Notes: generated by a model not told the origin, from the letters alone. Positions 26,661-38,570 are shown, counted from the first letter of the stretch. The stretch: DNA of 64,000 nucleotides from Lama glama (GCA_028534125.1 CM052818.1:29514001-29578000), one strand, 5' to 3'. A program made the numbers and translations.

Positions 26661-29269
26661 TCAGTGACCATTGGGTTGGTGAGGGCAGGTATTAGAAGCC
26701 AAGTTTTGGCAAGAGTGCCTACGGACCATCCTACCATCAACTTTTTAACACAGGTGAACCCACTTCTCCTTCCAGATGTTTAAGTCACTGCCAACCCCCA
26801 CAAAACACACTACTGGCTACAAATCTTCTGCGAGCCATGAGGACACCCATTCAAAATGATCAAAAATGGCACACCCAGTGGGGACAGGCAAAGCAAGACA
26901 GGTTGAAAAGAATCCCAGGGGCCTCCAACTTGAGCCTTGTCCACAGCTGCCTGGGATATGTCAGTATGACTTAGCGCTGACTTCTCATAAAGGCTTGTTA
27001 TTTGTGAATGAAGATGAAAGGAACCATTCACCAGCCACCACCAAATGTTAGGTTTTCTTGTCTAGATTTTGTCTTGAGGGAAGAGAGAACAGGACCTGAT
27101 TTAAATCAGACCCTGCCTTCGCCGCGGTGATTGCTGCATACCCAAATACCCAAATTCAGCCACCGCTGGAGCAGATCACATTTCATACAGACCAGCTAAA
27201 AGAGAGCCCCAACTCTTGAATCTCAACCCAATTTCTAGGATACACTATTAGGCAAACTGGGCACGATTAGTCCCTGGTGCTCGATGTTTCAAAGAGTTAA
27301 TTTCCTTAAGTGAGAACCCTCCAAATTCTAAAGTTTTCAAGTAGCTGCCAGGTAAAAGAAGAAATACTTCTGGCAGAAAATGGCCTATAATATGATGAAG
27401 TCTGACAGAAGGGAAATGATAATTACTGTATGAACAGCACAGTCAGAAGCCTTTTACCAAATAAGGTTATGATTTCTGCAGTGAGTGTATTTCAATAAAA
27501 GGATATTTTCAGCCTGAAGACCTTAGCCTCTTTTTCAAAAATGGTATAACAGGGTAAATTTTGTTGACTACAAATGCATCTATTTATCAAGTACACAACT
27601 TCACATGAATGTCGTTTTTTTTCTTTCCATACAACAGGATGGTTTTCTGGGCACATTACGGGACTTTCAGATGTTTCTAATTACCCGCTGTGTACACCCA
27701 ATAAAACAGCTGGCTCAAGATGTTACTAATACCACAAGAAGGCCCAAAGGGCTCATAAATCACCCTTCCCATAGGGACAACGCAGTGGCAGAGAGTGACA
27801 TATTTTAATCTTGCTAAACAGACTTAAGAATGTTCTAGTATACTTTCTGAATCTGCCAAAGGGCAGTGGTCTGTTTTCCACACTGCAAAACATTTTAATG
27901 TCAAGTTTCCCTTTTACCTTTTCTAGGGAAAAACTGATGAAAATTAGGCTGAGTTATTGTGTTAGGAAAGCTTAGAAAGTCCCCAAAATCCAGAACAAGT
28001 TTTCATGGAATCTGATGGACATCTGAAGTTTGGTCTCAGAGTGAAGAAATCTCTCATTACTGCATAAGGTTGTTTCTTTTTTCCAGCAAATCTTACAAAA
28101 AGCTAGCACTGCATTCATGCCAGTTTTTTTTTTTTAAGTAATTATTGCATGAGTCTAAATTCAAGATGGTGGAGTCAAGCAGTAAACCATTCCTTAAACC
28201 TATATATACCCTTCAACTAAACAGAAAATCAAGTTTTAATAAGTCTGCATCAATGACAATATTACATTACAGCACTGGCAATGGAAGGGCATCTGCCTCT
28301 TCTCATTTCTTTGTGATAAAATTTTAGGGAATGAATTGCAAACAAACTTCCTCACTAACTGTATCCTTCCCCATTTGGTAGCTATTTTATTTTCCCAGCC
28401 CAAAGAGGACTGTGTGGCTGCAGAACAAAACATTTTCACATCATCTGTGATGTTAGTTCCAGGACGTTTTTCCAACAATACACACATTCATTACTCCTCC
28501 TCCACGTGGAAAAAGCATATACACTTTGATATTAAAAGCTGATACAAATGTTTGACTTTCTGACTATAGATGCAAAATTGAGCCCAACCCCTATGCCAAT
28601 AAATGCCGCAGGTATAAACTGTATCACATAAATGTGGTTTCAGTATCTATTTTAAGTTCAGCAGCATCTTTAAACTTACTCTAACCTAGGAGTCCAGAGA
28701 TAAACTTTCACAAATGACAGCCAAGTGAATAGCACCAAGTAGAATCAAAGTTATAACCGCCCATCACTGGGGATGCCCCATCTAGTCAAGATGATTGCTT
28801 TTCCTCCTGACCACAGCTTTTGGTTCCAAAATGTGCTACATTGTTTAAACACTCTCACCCTTGCCAGCAGACTTGGCAACATGCAAGAGCTTCCTGGGTA
28901 AGCAAGTTAACCCCTCAAAGCGGTTGGTGCGTGATCCACAGCAGACGGGAGCACGGCGCTAGTACGTTGTCCCTGCCATGTGATGATGATGATACCTGAC
29001 AATACTTTGTGGGCAGTCTAATCGTAAGCGAAGAGCCTTCTGTGCACTAGGCACAGAGCACCAACATGAAGGAGTAAAAGAGACATCCTCCTGTCTTTCT
29101 TGATGCTACTGCACTATCAAGATCAGTAAACGAAGGGAACATACCCTATCCAAGCTCCAGGAGATGTAAGCGCCCTCCCGGGTTCACAGGAGGTAGGGTT
29201 TGCTAATTAAGAGAAGGATTTGTTATCTTCAGAAGGAGAGAAACTTTCAAGGCAATCCAAGGAACCCAC

Positions 29270-29420
29270 GTGCACCTCCAGCCTGCTCCTCGTGAGCCTC
29301 AGAACAGCTCTGCAAGGAAGGCCAAGGTATTATCGGATTCATTTTATCTGCGTGGAATCAAAGAGGTTAAATCACCAGCCCACGGTCCTAGGACCAGCCA
29401 CTAGTACACCTGAGCCAGAT
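29270..29420 (-). mobile_element. MIR SINE
   Basis: cctcagaacagctctgcaagg..ggtattat..cattttat..agaggttaaatcaccagcccacggtc. Confidence 0.6.
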
Positions 29421-29879
29421 CACCGAGTGTCGGTTAACATGGACATGACCAGAGGTGAAAAATGGAGGGGCGGAGAAGCACAGGCAGAAGCATGTGAAAT
29501 GGAACTTGAGGTTGTTCCTTCAAAGACTATGAGTATTTAGATAGATGCAGGAACAGGGAGCAGAAATTCCATACAGTGGGAAACTGTACTAAAGGTATGG
29601 AAATCTAACTGCACTTTGCCCTGAGGAGAAAGTACACTGCAGGCAGTGTTAAAAATGGAAAACCCGAACTCCAAGCAAAGTGTTACAAAGGTGCCCTTTT
29701 TTCATGCATCTTGCAGACACTGGAATGTGTTCTTTCCTATGACCCCAAACCCTCTAGAGACTTCTCAGATGATTATTCTACTCCTATGATTTCAGTTGCC
29801 TGAGAATTCACGATGAAGCTGTTCTGGGCAGGGCTGTATGTAACACCCTTACACAGGCACCTGCACAGACAATATGGTT

Positions 29880-30350
29880 TTGTCAACCAGAATTCACTAA
29901 GCATCTCCACAGTGAGGCCCTGCACTGGCCTGGGGACACCAATGTGATACAGACAGGGCCCTGTTCCTAAACAGTTCAGAGCTCAGTGGAAGAAACAGGC
30001 ATGGCAACAAACGAGGGGAGTGAGGATCTGTCGCCTGAGTGGTGCTTGGCTGACTCACAAAAGCAGTAGATGACGTCCAGGCAGATGGGGTGGGGGTGGG
30101 GGCCTCCACCTCCAGGCAAAGGCGGCAGTGTGGACAGAGGCACAGAGGGCTGGGAGCACTGGGGGACCTCGGTTCCTCTGGAGGCTCAGTTTGGCAGAAA
30201 CAGAAAGGGGGCATAGCCAGCGAGCCAGGAGGCAGCTGACCCTGGAGGGCCCCACGTGCTATGCTAAGCAGTTTGGAGTTTTCCAAAGATCATTCCACAT
30301 GCTCAAGCTGACAGACTAGGGAAGAACACACATTTTGGGACACTGTGTTG
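29880..30350 (-). mobile_element. L2 3' portion
   Basis: attcactaagcatctcc..gtgaggccctgcactggcctggggacac...acagacagggccctg. Confidence 0.6.
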
Positions 30351-30892
30351 CAGACACCAAGGAATTTTGAAAGGTCATTTATCCTAGGCTAGCCTTGCAC
30401 GACTCTTTTAAAAAGTCCCTTCCCTCACCCCTCCATGATACAGGCCAGGCACGGCTTAAAAGGAACAATCAATCACACATGCCTTTCTCACGGAGTTATT
30501 AGCAAACTGCTGAACCCTCTTTCACCTAAGGTTTTTTTTTTTAAAACTGTCCTAACTCCAGACATACTTTCTCATACTGCCCACTCTGATGCCTCTCACT
30601 TTCTCAGCTTCAAGAATCTTCACCTTCAATCTCATTTTCTCCTGATTTGGACTTTTAGGGTCAACCTATTGCCCCTCCTTGGTCCAACCGACACCCGGAA
30701 CCATCTTTCCACGCAGCCCCCTCCCCTAGCGTGAACACGTGCATGTGTGTGCACGCGCACATATGCACACACCTACCCTTGTAACCAAGCTCCATGCCAA
30801 AAATCCTGCGACCAGACTTACACAAAATAATGTTGGAGAAAGAAGTGACACAGCTTTTTCTAGTAATTTTTGTCTGTATGTAAGATCTTATC

Positions 30893-30961
30893 TTTTTTTT
30901 TAATGGAGGTAAATCATGCACGGTAACCATGAGCTCTACCACTGAGCTATTACCCTCCCCC
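30893..30961 (-). mobile_element. Short tRNA-derived SINE (camelid vic-1-like), internally deleted
   Basis: Minus strand reads gggggagggtaatagctcagtggtagagc...tacctccattaaaaaaaaa, with an A-box (tagctcagtgg). Perfect 12-bp TSD taagatcttatc at 30881-30892 and 30962-30973. Confidence 0.8.
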
Positions 30962-31239
30962 TAAGATCTTATCCTTTTTTATTATAAATAACAAAAATTC
31001 CTTCTGCAATTATGCCAGGACCATTTTTTTCCACGCAGGGGACAAGACTTGCTTAACCTCTATCCTCTGTGTGTGCCTGATACAACACACATCGCTAAAA
31101 TCTAACCCAGGATGACATATAGGAAAAGTTTGAGTGAATGCTTCTGACACCGACCTTGAGAGATGCTCTACAGTTTAACAAACACAGTGACACAGTTACA
31201 TTATTAAGTTTGAGATGCTCCCTCCCAGAGTTTGCTACT

Positions 31240-31890
31240 TATTTCAAGTCTCTAAAACAGCATCTCACCAGAGAGCCCTTCCTGACATATCCTAAGTAGC
31301 GATCCATTCATCCCACCAACACTCCCCACTCTCTGTCCCCCTCTCAACGACTTCTTTCTTCATCGCATCTGTCACTACCCAACAGTCTGGCATATCTAAT
31401 GTTTCTGACAGTGTACTTTTGATAAGTAGGCATTTGACAATAGTGTACACTTTTTTTAGTTTTTTCTGTTTTGGCAAAATACCTATGAGGTCAAATCTAC
31501 TACCTTAACCACTTCTAAGTGTAGAGTTTAGTAGTGTTAAGTACATTCATATCCCTATAAAACATTATCTTCAAACCTGAAACCCTGTACCCATTAAACA
31601 ACTCCTTATTTTCCCTCCTTCCACCAACACCAGCAAACACCCATCTCTTTCTCCAAGAATCTGACTATTCTAGGAATCTCCTAAGAGGAATCACAGTATC
31701 TGTCTCCTTGTGACTGGCTTGTTTCACTTAGCATAATACCCTCAAGGTTCACACACTGTATAGCCACATATTTTTAATGTAGCAGAAGGGCAAGGACTTT
31801 GTCTATTTTGTTCAGTGCTACATATTCCTGATCCCTAAACCAATCCCTGGCACACAGTAGGTGCTCAGTAAGTTTATGTTAGATGAATAA
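31240..31890 (+). mobile_element. L2 3' portion interrupted by an L1
   Basis: gcccttcctgac... then gggcaaggactttgtctattttgttca...cctggcacacagtaggtgctcagtaag..gatgaataaa. Confidence 0.8.
31450..31764 (-). mobile_element. L1MB-type 3' end
   Basis: ctgaaaccctgtacccattaaacaactcc and ttgtgactggcttgtttcacttagcataa..cctcaaggttca. Confidence 0.85.
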
Positions 31891-32599
31891 ACGTTCCCAA
31901 TGCCAGCCTTTTAAAGGCGCTTTGCAGCTTACACAAAGGACATGCTCTGCATTACGACACTCACTCAGTATTAGAAAACACTGGTAAGACTGAATGTATC
32001 TGGGAGTGGCTGGACAAGCTCATGAGCATTCTAAGTTGCTCAAATGAAAAGCAATCACTTTCTTTTAGTATTGGATGGCTCATCTTCAAAAGACAAAGCC
32101 TGTACAAGGCGTTAAGGGAGAAATACATGCATCAGTTCAAAGAGAACATGTTGCCTCTCACCAGTTTCTGGATGTGCTGGATAAACATCAAGGGATCCAA
32201 ACAATGACAGGAGGGTGAAAGACAGTGTCAGAAGGAAGTTGCCAGAAAAAAGACGCACTGAGACTCCTGAGCAGTGATGTCAGTTTATTTAATGCCTCAC
32301 TGAGAGTGAAGTTTCTTCCCTCCCTATGAGGAGAACCCACATAATGAGTGCAGCAGCCTGGACCGCTTCCACCCGCCTCACAACTCTGTCGTCAATTGTT
32401 CTGTGACACACACAGCAAGATTCCCAGAGCAGAGCAGCGAGCCAGCCTCACAACAGGTGAAGGCGGCCAGAGGCTGTCATCATCGCCACGGCTGTTCAGA
32501 GGCCCGTTCACACTAGTAGGTCACTAGTCTCCTACCTAAAAAACTGAGATGCTGTCCCTCTCTCCTTTCCAAAATGATAAATAGCAATGTCTCCCTTTC

Positions 32600-32900
32600 C
32601 AGAGAACTTTAGTAAGTTCTAAAAGGGTAAAATCCAAATTCCTAGGCTTGAAACTCAAGGTGCTCCACAGCCTTGCCACAGCCTTGCCCCAGCCTACCTC
32701 CTCAGGCTCGTCATCCAGCATGACCATCCTTCATGCTTTCTGCGTTTAAATCCTACCCTCAACGTCCACAAACCCCCTGGGCCTTATTGTCTCCATGTCT
32801 CGTTCTAGCAGGTAAATTCCCTCTGCTCCTGTTAACTTTACCTCACCCTTCCCTCTACACGTCTCACCCGTCTTTATTTTGGGACTTGTCACTGTTTCAA
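32600..32900 (+). mobile_element. L2 fragment
   Basis: gggtaaaatccaaattcctaggcttg..actcaagg..ctccaca..cttgccccagcctacctc. Confidence 0.6.
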
Positions 32901-34379
32901 GATGCATCACCCCCATCGGCCTACAATCAGGCAATGTGCGTTTACTCAGCTACGATGATGAGCCAACATATTTAGCTGCTGGGAGAATGTGAGGAATTGA
33001 ACAGGGAAGTCTCAGGCCAGCTCCTCTCTCAAAGAATTCCTCCTCAGCCACAAGTGGCGACCCTGGGACCCTGCTATGAACGGGGGGTATTCCTGTGCAC
33101 CCCTCACCTCCTCCTCAAAGCATAAGGCAGCTTTATGTTTTTGTTGTCCTGGAAAATTCAGTGCAGTGTTGTCTACATGGTCACTTCATACATGGTCACA
33201 GGAGACAACACTGGAGGACAAGAGGTATTTGGACCCTGGGATGAGAAAACCTGTCTTGAAGTCAACTACGATCAAACCACTGAAGCCTTGGTACTCACAT
33301 CTCAAAACACGACTATTACTCACTTATCTCTCTCAGGGAAAACAAGCATCACATAAAATAACATACAGGACCATAGTTTTTAAACTATCAAATACTTTTG
33401 TAATAAGCATTCAGGTGGTGCTAAATGGAACACGAGCCCCTCAGAACTCCTCAGAGAGAGCAGCATACAACCCAAGAGTGTTAGCTTAGCAGTCACGACT
33501 GCCTTTCCAGCTCTCTCTCCACAAGTAAGTTATGCCAAGTGACAGTATTATTTTATTTGAAATAGTCTAGTTGTGACAACATAGAATTCCTATGTTCTTC
33601 TTATTAGAGGAACTTGTAACTCTGTAAACAGCTTGAATGTCCCAGAAGGTCATCTTCATTATATCCCATGAAATGTTAAGAATCCATTAAAACAACAATA
33701 GTTAACCTGCCGGCCCACCCAGCTAGGGACATGTTTCCATTTTTTAAAAAGACAAAGGAAGGGGAGTGCAAGGAGGCAAAAGTCACAAAGTCACTGTAAC
33801 TAGAATCTGCTTTACAGAAAATTCCTCTTAGTCTAAATATCTTGTTACATCAGGTCAATCTCACACTCATAAAAAATGAGTTTATCCTAGACTCTCAGAG
33901 TACTTCCTGAGGTATCATTCATTCAGGCCTCACTTCTAGAGTCACATCAAGTAGAAGTTATAATTCTGCTTTCTCCCACTGAATACTCAGGAAAAGAGAC
34001 TGTACACTAATCACCACAAGAAATGCACCTGTCTTCTCACATCTGAACAGCCCACGCTCAAAGTCACCATGGACCAGAAAGATAACACAGAAGCAGCACA
34101 AAAGCAAGGAAGGAACCAAGGTCACCCCTGTGCCTGCTACAGAATAGCCCTATAACCACCTGCCTGGTGTGGACGAGCGACCTGGACCTGGAGAGGATGG
34201 AGAGCAAGATGAGCATAACCAAGGGAAGGAGGAAACCAGGATGGGAACCCAGGGCTGCTCAACTCCCAGCTGCTTATTCTGCTATTCCCTCCTGCCATCC
34301 CACAAAACCCAACTCCCTCGGGTCCTTCCTTTGCTGGTGCCTCCTGCACATCACTGTCAGATCCCAGAGAGTTAGAGAG

Positions 34380-34500
34380 GACACAAGGAGACCTGGGCTC
34401 TAGTCCCAGCTAACTGCCTTGCTGTGTAATGAAGGCAAACCCACTTAAGCCTGTGTCCCTCAGTTCCCCTGTCTAAAAAAACTGTCACAATAATATCTAT
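34380..34500 (+). mobile_element. MIR fragment
   Basis: ggagacctgggctctagtcccagct..gctgtgt..ggcaa..cacttaa..cctcagttcccc. Confidence 0.7.
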
Positions 34501-34657
34501 TCTCCTTCTTCCAAAAAAAAAAAAGGGGGGGGGACATCACTATGCAAATGTTAAAAATTATTCTTGCTGTTCTGATCATCAAAGTGGATTATTTAATGAA
34601 GGTGCCTTAACTATGAAATCCACGGGGCTTTCCCTGTATTATTTTGACTACGTGGGG

Positions 34658-34855
34658 CAGGGGTCAGCAAACTTGGCACTGGAGTCAAATTCAGCCCATT
34701 GACTGTTTCTATAATGCACCACACCCACTCCCCTACACACCATCTGCGGCTGTTGTCACGACACCACATAGGGTTGAGAACCTGTGACACACACTGTACG
34801 GGTTGCAAAGTCTAAAATATTAACTATCTGGTCCTTTAAAGCTTGCCAGTCCCCA
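34658..34855. mobile_element. MER58A-type hAT-Charlie element
   Basis: caggggtcagcaaact...gcaaagtctaaaatattaactatctggtccttta. Confidence 0.85.
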
Positions 34856-35819
34856 CTTTTTAGTAACCTTAAAAATCAGAGGCCAAAGAGTTGCTGACAA
34901 ATTACAATACATTTTGAATTTTCTCAAACTACAATTTTCCATATGATGTATCTTATTTGTCAAAAGATTTAACACATTGTCAACAAATATACACACAGAG
35001 AAAGCCAATTAAGAAACCACTTCTTTTAAGTAATAAAATTACATTAAACTGGTAAATCCCAAGAAGAGATCTTCTATACCTAAAAAATGAATTCCTGAAA
35101 TTCTCTGTATTTCTAGAGAATCACAATGTCTGAAGTGGACAAAATTATCATCTTCAATAAAATGATGATTAAAACTTGTCCCTCAGATTATCCAATAGTT
35201 TAATTAAAATAAAGAAAAGAAATAGCTCGGAATGTAAGTGAAATATTTCCCATGATTTCCAATGTGAAACAATTCAATACGATGCCTTCTCCCTTTATAT
35301 TCTTATTATTATTTAATTAAATGACGTGGCCAACCCTTTTGTGGCAGAGTTGAGTTTCGGTTTTGAAATATTTTGGTAAATAATTTTGCTCTGTTTTGTA
35401 CTTTAAATATGCTATGTGTATCCTGTTCCTACACATCTGCTTAAACGCCAGAGAGGAAAGTGTGCAGCGTGTTTTAACAAGTAGACTTCCTCTGCTTCTC
35501 AAAGCCTTCAAATATTTAGTTTCAAAGCGAATATACGGTAAGCCAAAAAATTACCACCCATCCCCATTACTCTGTCATTCCTACTGTAAAGATTTATGAG
35601 AAATGCCGAAAGAAAGAGGAGCAGACGTGATCGATGATGATGGAGGAAGAAAAGCAACAAGAGTAAGGAAGGCAATAGAGAAAAGTTAAAAATGAGAAAA
35701 AGCCTTTACGCCCATAATAACCTAATTGGGAATTGCTTTTCCCCTTCCTTGCCTATAGCCCTCCAAAAAAGCCACGAAACAATTTCACTTATTACTGACA
35801 AAAATTCCTAAGATTTTAG

Positions 35820-35990
35820 GGATGAGCTGAATTTTAGAGGTCACGAGATATAAGCCATTTATTTTATGGATGAGAAAAAACTAAGGTCCAGAAATATCAA
35901 CTGTCACACCCTGTGGATTAGTTAGTTAAGCGGTGGGACCAAGACCAGAATCTAGTTTCCCGATCATCAGTTTAACACACTTCCCATTAG
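35820..35990 (-). mobile_element. MIR/MIR3 fragment
   Basis: attttatggatgagaaaaaactaaggtccagaaa...gggaccaagaccagaatctag. Confidence 0.6.
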
Positions 35991-37252
35991 ACTCAGCTCT
36001 CTGCCCTGCTCAAGCATGACGGCACCTAATGGCTGAATTCTTTTAAAAAATATGCCCAAAGTCCCCCATCATAGCCAGGAAATCAACAATACCCTTTTAA
36101 GTAGTACCTTTGGGCACAAGTAATTTTTCTTCCCAAGCATAGACTATTAAGGACAGTTCTTTGACCTCAAAAGGAACAGGAATTATAATAAAGCAGTACA
36201 ATAATCAGAAAGCTAATAAGAACTTCATGCTGCCTGCTTGTATTTTGTCTTGATGGAAGTCAGTTTGAAACAGACACCCCTCGCCTCAGACACATGCTCC
36301 CAAGACTAAACAGCAATATTCCATAAAAAGACCAGATCTAGCCAGTGTTATTATCTGTCTGACATTTGGGTTATTCTTGTGAGCAACTCATAAAGTAACG
36401 TGGGTGTCTGTGATTATTTGAGTACACATGGCAAACCATAATTGGTCAAAAAATAATAAAAGACATTTTTCCGTGACAAAAATACCGTATTGCATGACAA
36501 CATGGCAGTGTGACAGCATTCAGTGGACCGCAGTACTTTCTCCATTTACAAAGAAGTTAAAAAGAAACAGGGCTTTTTAAAAGTAAAAAGGCTTTTTGCA
36601 GTAACTACCATAGTTCATATTTAAATTATGAAAGATTAAAAGCTTTTAAGTGCTGACAGTAATCCACTAGCATATCCTCCCCGACATTCATGTCACATAT
36701 CAACTTATAATTCAGTTTTTCGATACACGGCAGAAACGTGGCAAAAGATGTCAGTCTGTATCCCTTTCTATATCTAAAATACAGATTCTGACAATTTTTA
36801 GATATCTTTTCAGATCTGGCTATTTGTGAAATAAAAGTTTAAATTTAATCACCACCATCCAAAGTTGCTAACACGAGTCAAATCTAACATAAACTCTACT
36901 TATCAATGAGCAGATAAAATCTGAAGCTGGTCAGTGCAAGCTGTGCATTAGGGCTCTGAGTTAAAGCCTGTTCCCTTCTGTCCTACTGACATCTCCCCGT
37001 CACCACAAGGCTGTGCACATGATAAGCAATAAGGGGCAATGTGCTACTTGCCATTTTCCTCAGAAACCAAAAATCAAGTTAAAAATCATTCCAAAAGCAA
37101 CGGAAAGGATCTCGTGAGAGCAGCGTACTCGTACTCCTAGACAGAAGCCCATTCAAGCCAAGAGCAGTGTGAATGGAGGGGTGGGCTCTAAATGCTACGA
37201 TCTCATAAAACTCTGTCCGGTACAGACAGTTAGGGACCGTGGAGGAACTCAC

Positions 37253-37420
37253 CCACTCGGAAGTTCGTGGCTGTCAGGGTGTCGGCAGCGTGACCATTCT
37301 CACTAATGAGAGTGGTGGTGTTCCCCTTCTCACAGCTGTTCTGACAGCTGCCTTTGGTGCAGGTCACCTTACAGATGCTCGGAGTGAAGACCACCTTGAT
37401 GCGGCCAGTGTGGTTACCCA
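37253..37420 (-). CDS. LTBP1: Same exon as used by LTBP1L through an internal acceptor, 168 bp, phase 1-1
   Basis: Acceptor ...ttctttttctccctgcctccgctcctag|TGGGTAACCAC, with the AG at 37422-37421. Frame is compatible with the phase-1 donor at 62403. Confidence 0.9.
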
Positions 37421-37475
37421 CTAGGAGCGGAGGCAGGGAGAAAAAGAACAACAAACACGTCAGCTTAGTATCCAT
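37253..37475 (-). CDS. LTBP1: LTBP1 short-isoform (LTBP1S) first coding exon: signal peptide plus start of the N-terminal Cys-containing region
   Basis: ATG at 37475 gives [74 protein letters not shown], the recognisable LTBP1S N-terminus with a hydrophobic leader. Donor GTG G|gtgagt at 37253/37252. Confidence 0.95.
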
Positions 37476-37860
37476 GAACTCGCCGTGGAAGGTTTAGGAA
37501 ACAAAAGGAAAAAGAGAAAGGAAAGGAGGGAGAGGGGGAAAGAGAGAGCCCACAGCCCGGCAGGTTTAAGGCAAGAGGGAAGCCTTCAGTGCTCGCTGCT
37601 CTGTATCCAGTGGTGTCTCTGAAACAGGAGTAGGAAGCTTAGCAAACAGAACTCTGGGATGCACTCCAAAACCACATTTGAAGTCGAGTCACTGGAGTGG
37701 GATTACTAACCACAATGCTGCACTTTATTCACGGGCAGACAAAGAGCAGGACGCAGGGCACGACAGATGAGAGCGCCAGCCCTGACAGGCAGATGTAATG
37801 CACAGAGGTTGGCCGTGCACCTAGCGGTGAATAAACTCTTGTGTCCTCGACTTGCATACT
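37476..37860 (-). promoter_or_regulatory. LTBP1S 5' UTR and proximal alternative promoter
   Basis: Lies directly upstream of the S-form ATG, is repeat-free and locally retains CpG. No upstream ATG in the proximal ~140 nt. LTBP1S is known to use an independent intronic promoter. The transcription start cannot be fixed from sequence. Confidence 0.7.
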
Positions 37861-38422
37861 TTCCCTGTTCTTCCACTTATTAAGTCACTATTTGCAGCCC
37901 GACCCCTGGAAATGTTTTAGGCATGCGGCATGTCTGAAAACATCTGTCTCAAATCTCCTGGCACTCCCAGCTAAAGTGATCAAATCCTGTGACGCAGCTG
38001 CGGGAGCCCATTCCTTTTTCACAACTCTGGGGCACACTTTCTCCACATTAAATTTCTGCCACCTTTGTTTTGTTTTACTTTGAACAGGGTCTATCTAAGA
38101 AAAAGGGAGGTCAGGTCCCAGGACTAAAGGGTAGCCACCATTCCAGTGCCATCCTGGAGCTCTCCCTGCGGCTCGTCACCAGCCCCAGACACAGGTATTC
38201 CTTCCATCCACACGGCCCTCTTGAAATACCAGGGGCTATCACCTGCTGCACAGCAGGGGCAGCACCTTATCACAAAATGGGCAAGCATCTCCAAGACAGA
38301 TTCTGGGTGGTAATCCTGACTCAACCATCGTGTGACTTAGACCTGTCTTTTCACCTTTCCTCCAAAAGCAGAGAAAATCAGAGCTGATGTTTTTCCAGCC
38401 AGTTGTAACTTTCAGCATCTCT

Positions 38423-38570
38423 CAGGGGTCAGCAAGCTATGGCCCCAGGACCACATCTGGCCCACTGCCTGTTTTTTTAAAATAAAGTTTTACTGAGACA
38501 CAGCCACACACGTTGTCTATGATTGCTTCTGTGCGATGACAACAGAGCTGCACAGAGAAGGGATGGCCTC
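38423..38570. mobile_element. MER58 fragment
   Basis: caggggtcagcaagctatggccc..atctggcccactgcctgttttttt..aaataaagttttactg..acacagccaca. Confidence 0.85.

Larger units (their letters stand above)
1..37252 (-). other. LTBP1: LTBP1 intron, over 37 kb, continuing past the window start
   Basis: Begins gtgagt at 37252. The next expected exon (EGF-like, ..CHLPCMNGGQC..) was not seen in the ORF track or by eye. Confidence 0.75.

Noticed and set aside
30087..30102. G-quadruplex candidate ggggtgggggtggggg
   Set aside because: Only three G-tracts and inside an L2 relic.
30920..30961. tRNA gene
   Set aside because: Only an A-box head with an A-tail and TSD, no cloverleaf; it is a SINE.
37589..37600. 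U6 snRNA-like start gtgctcgct
   Set aside because: Match ends after 9 nt.
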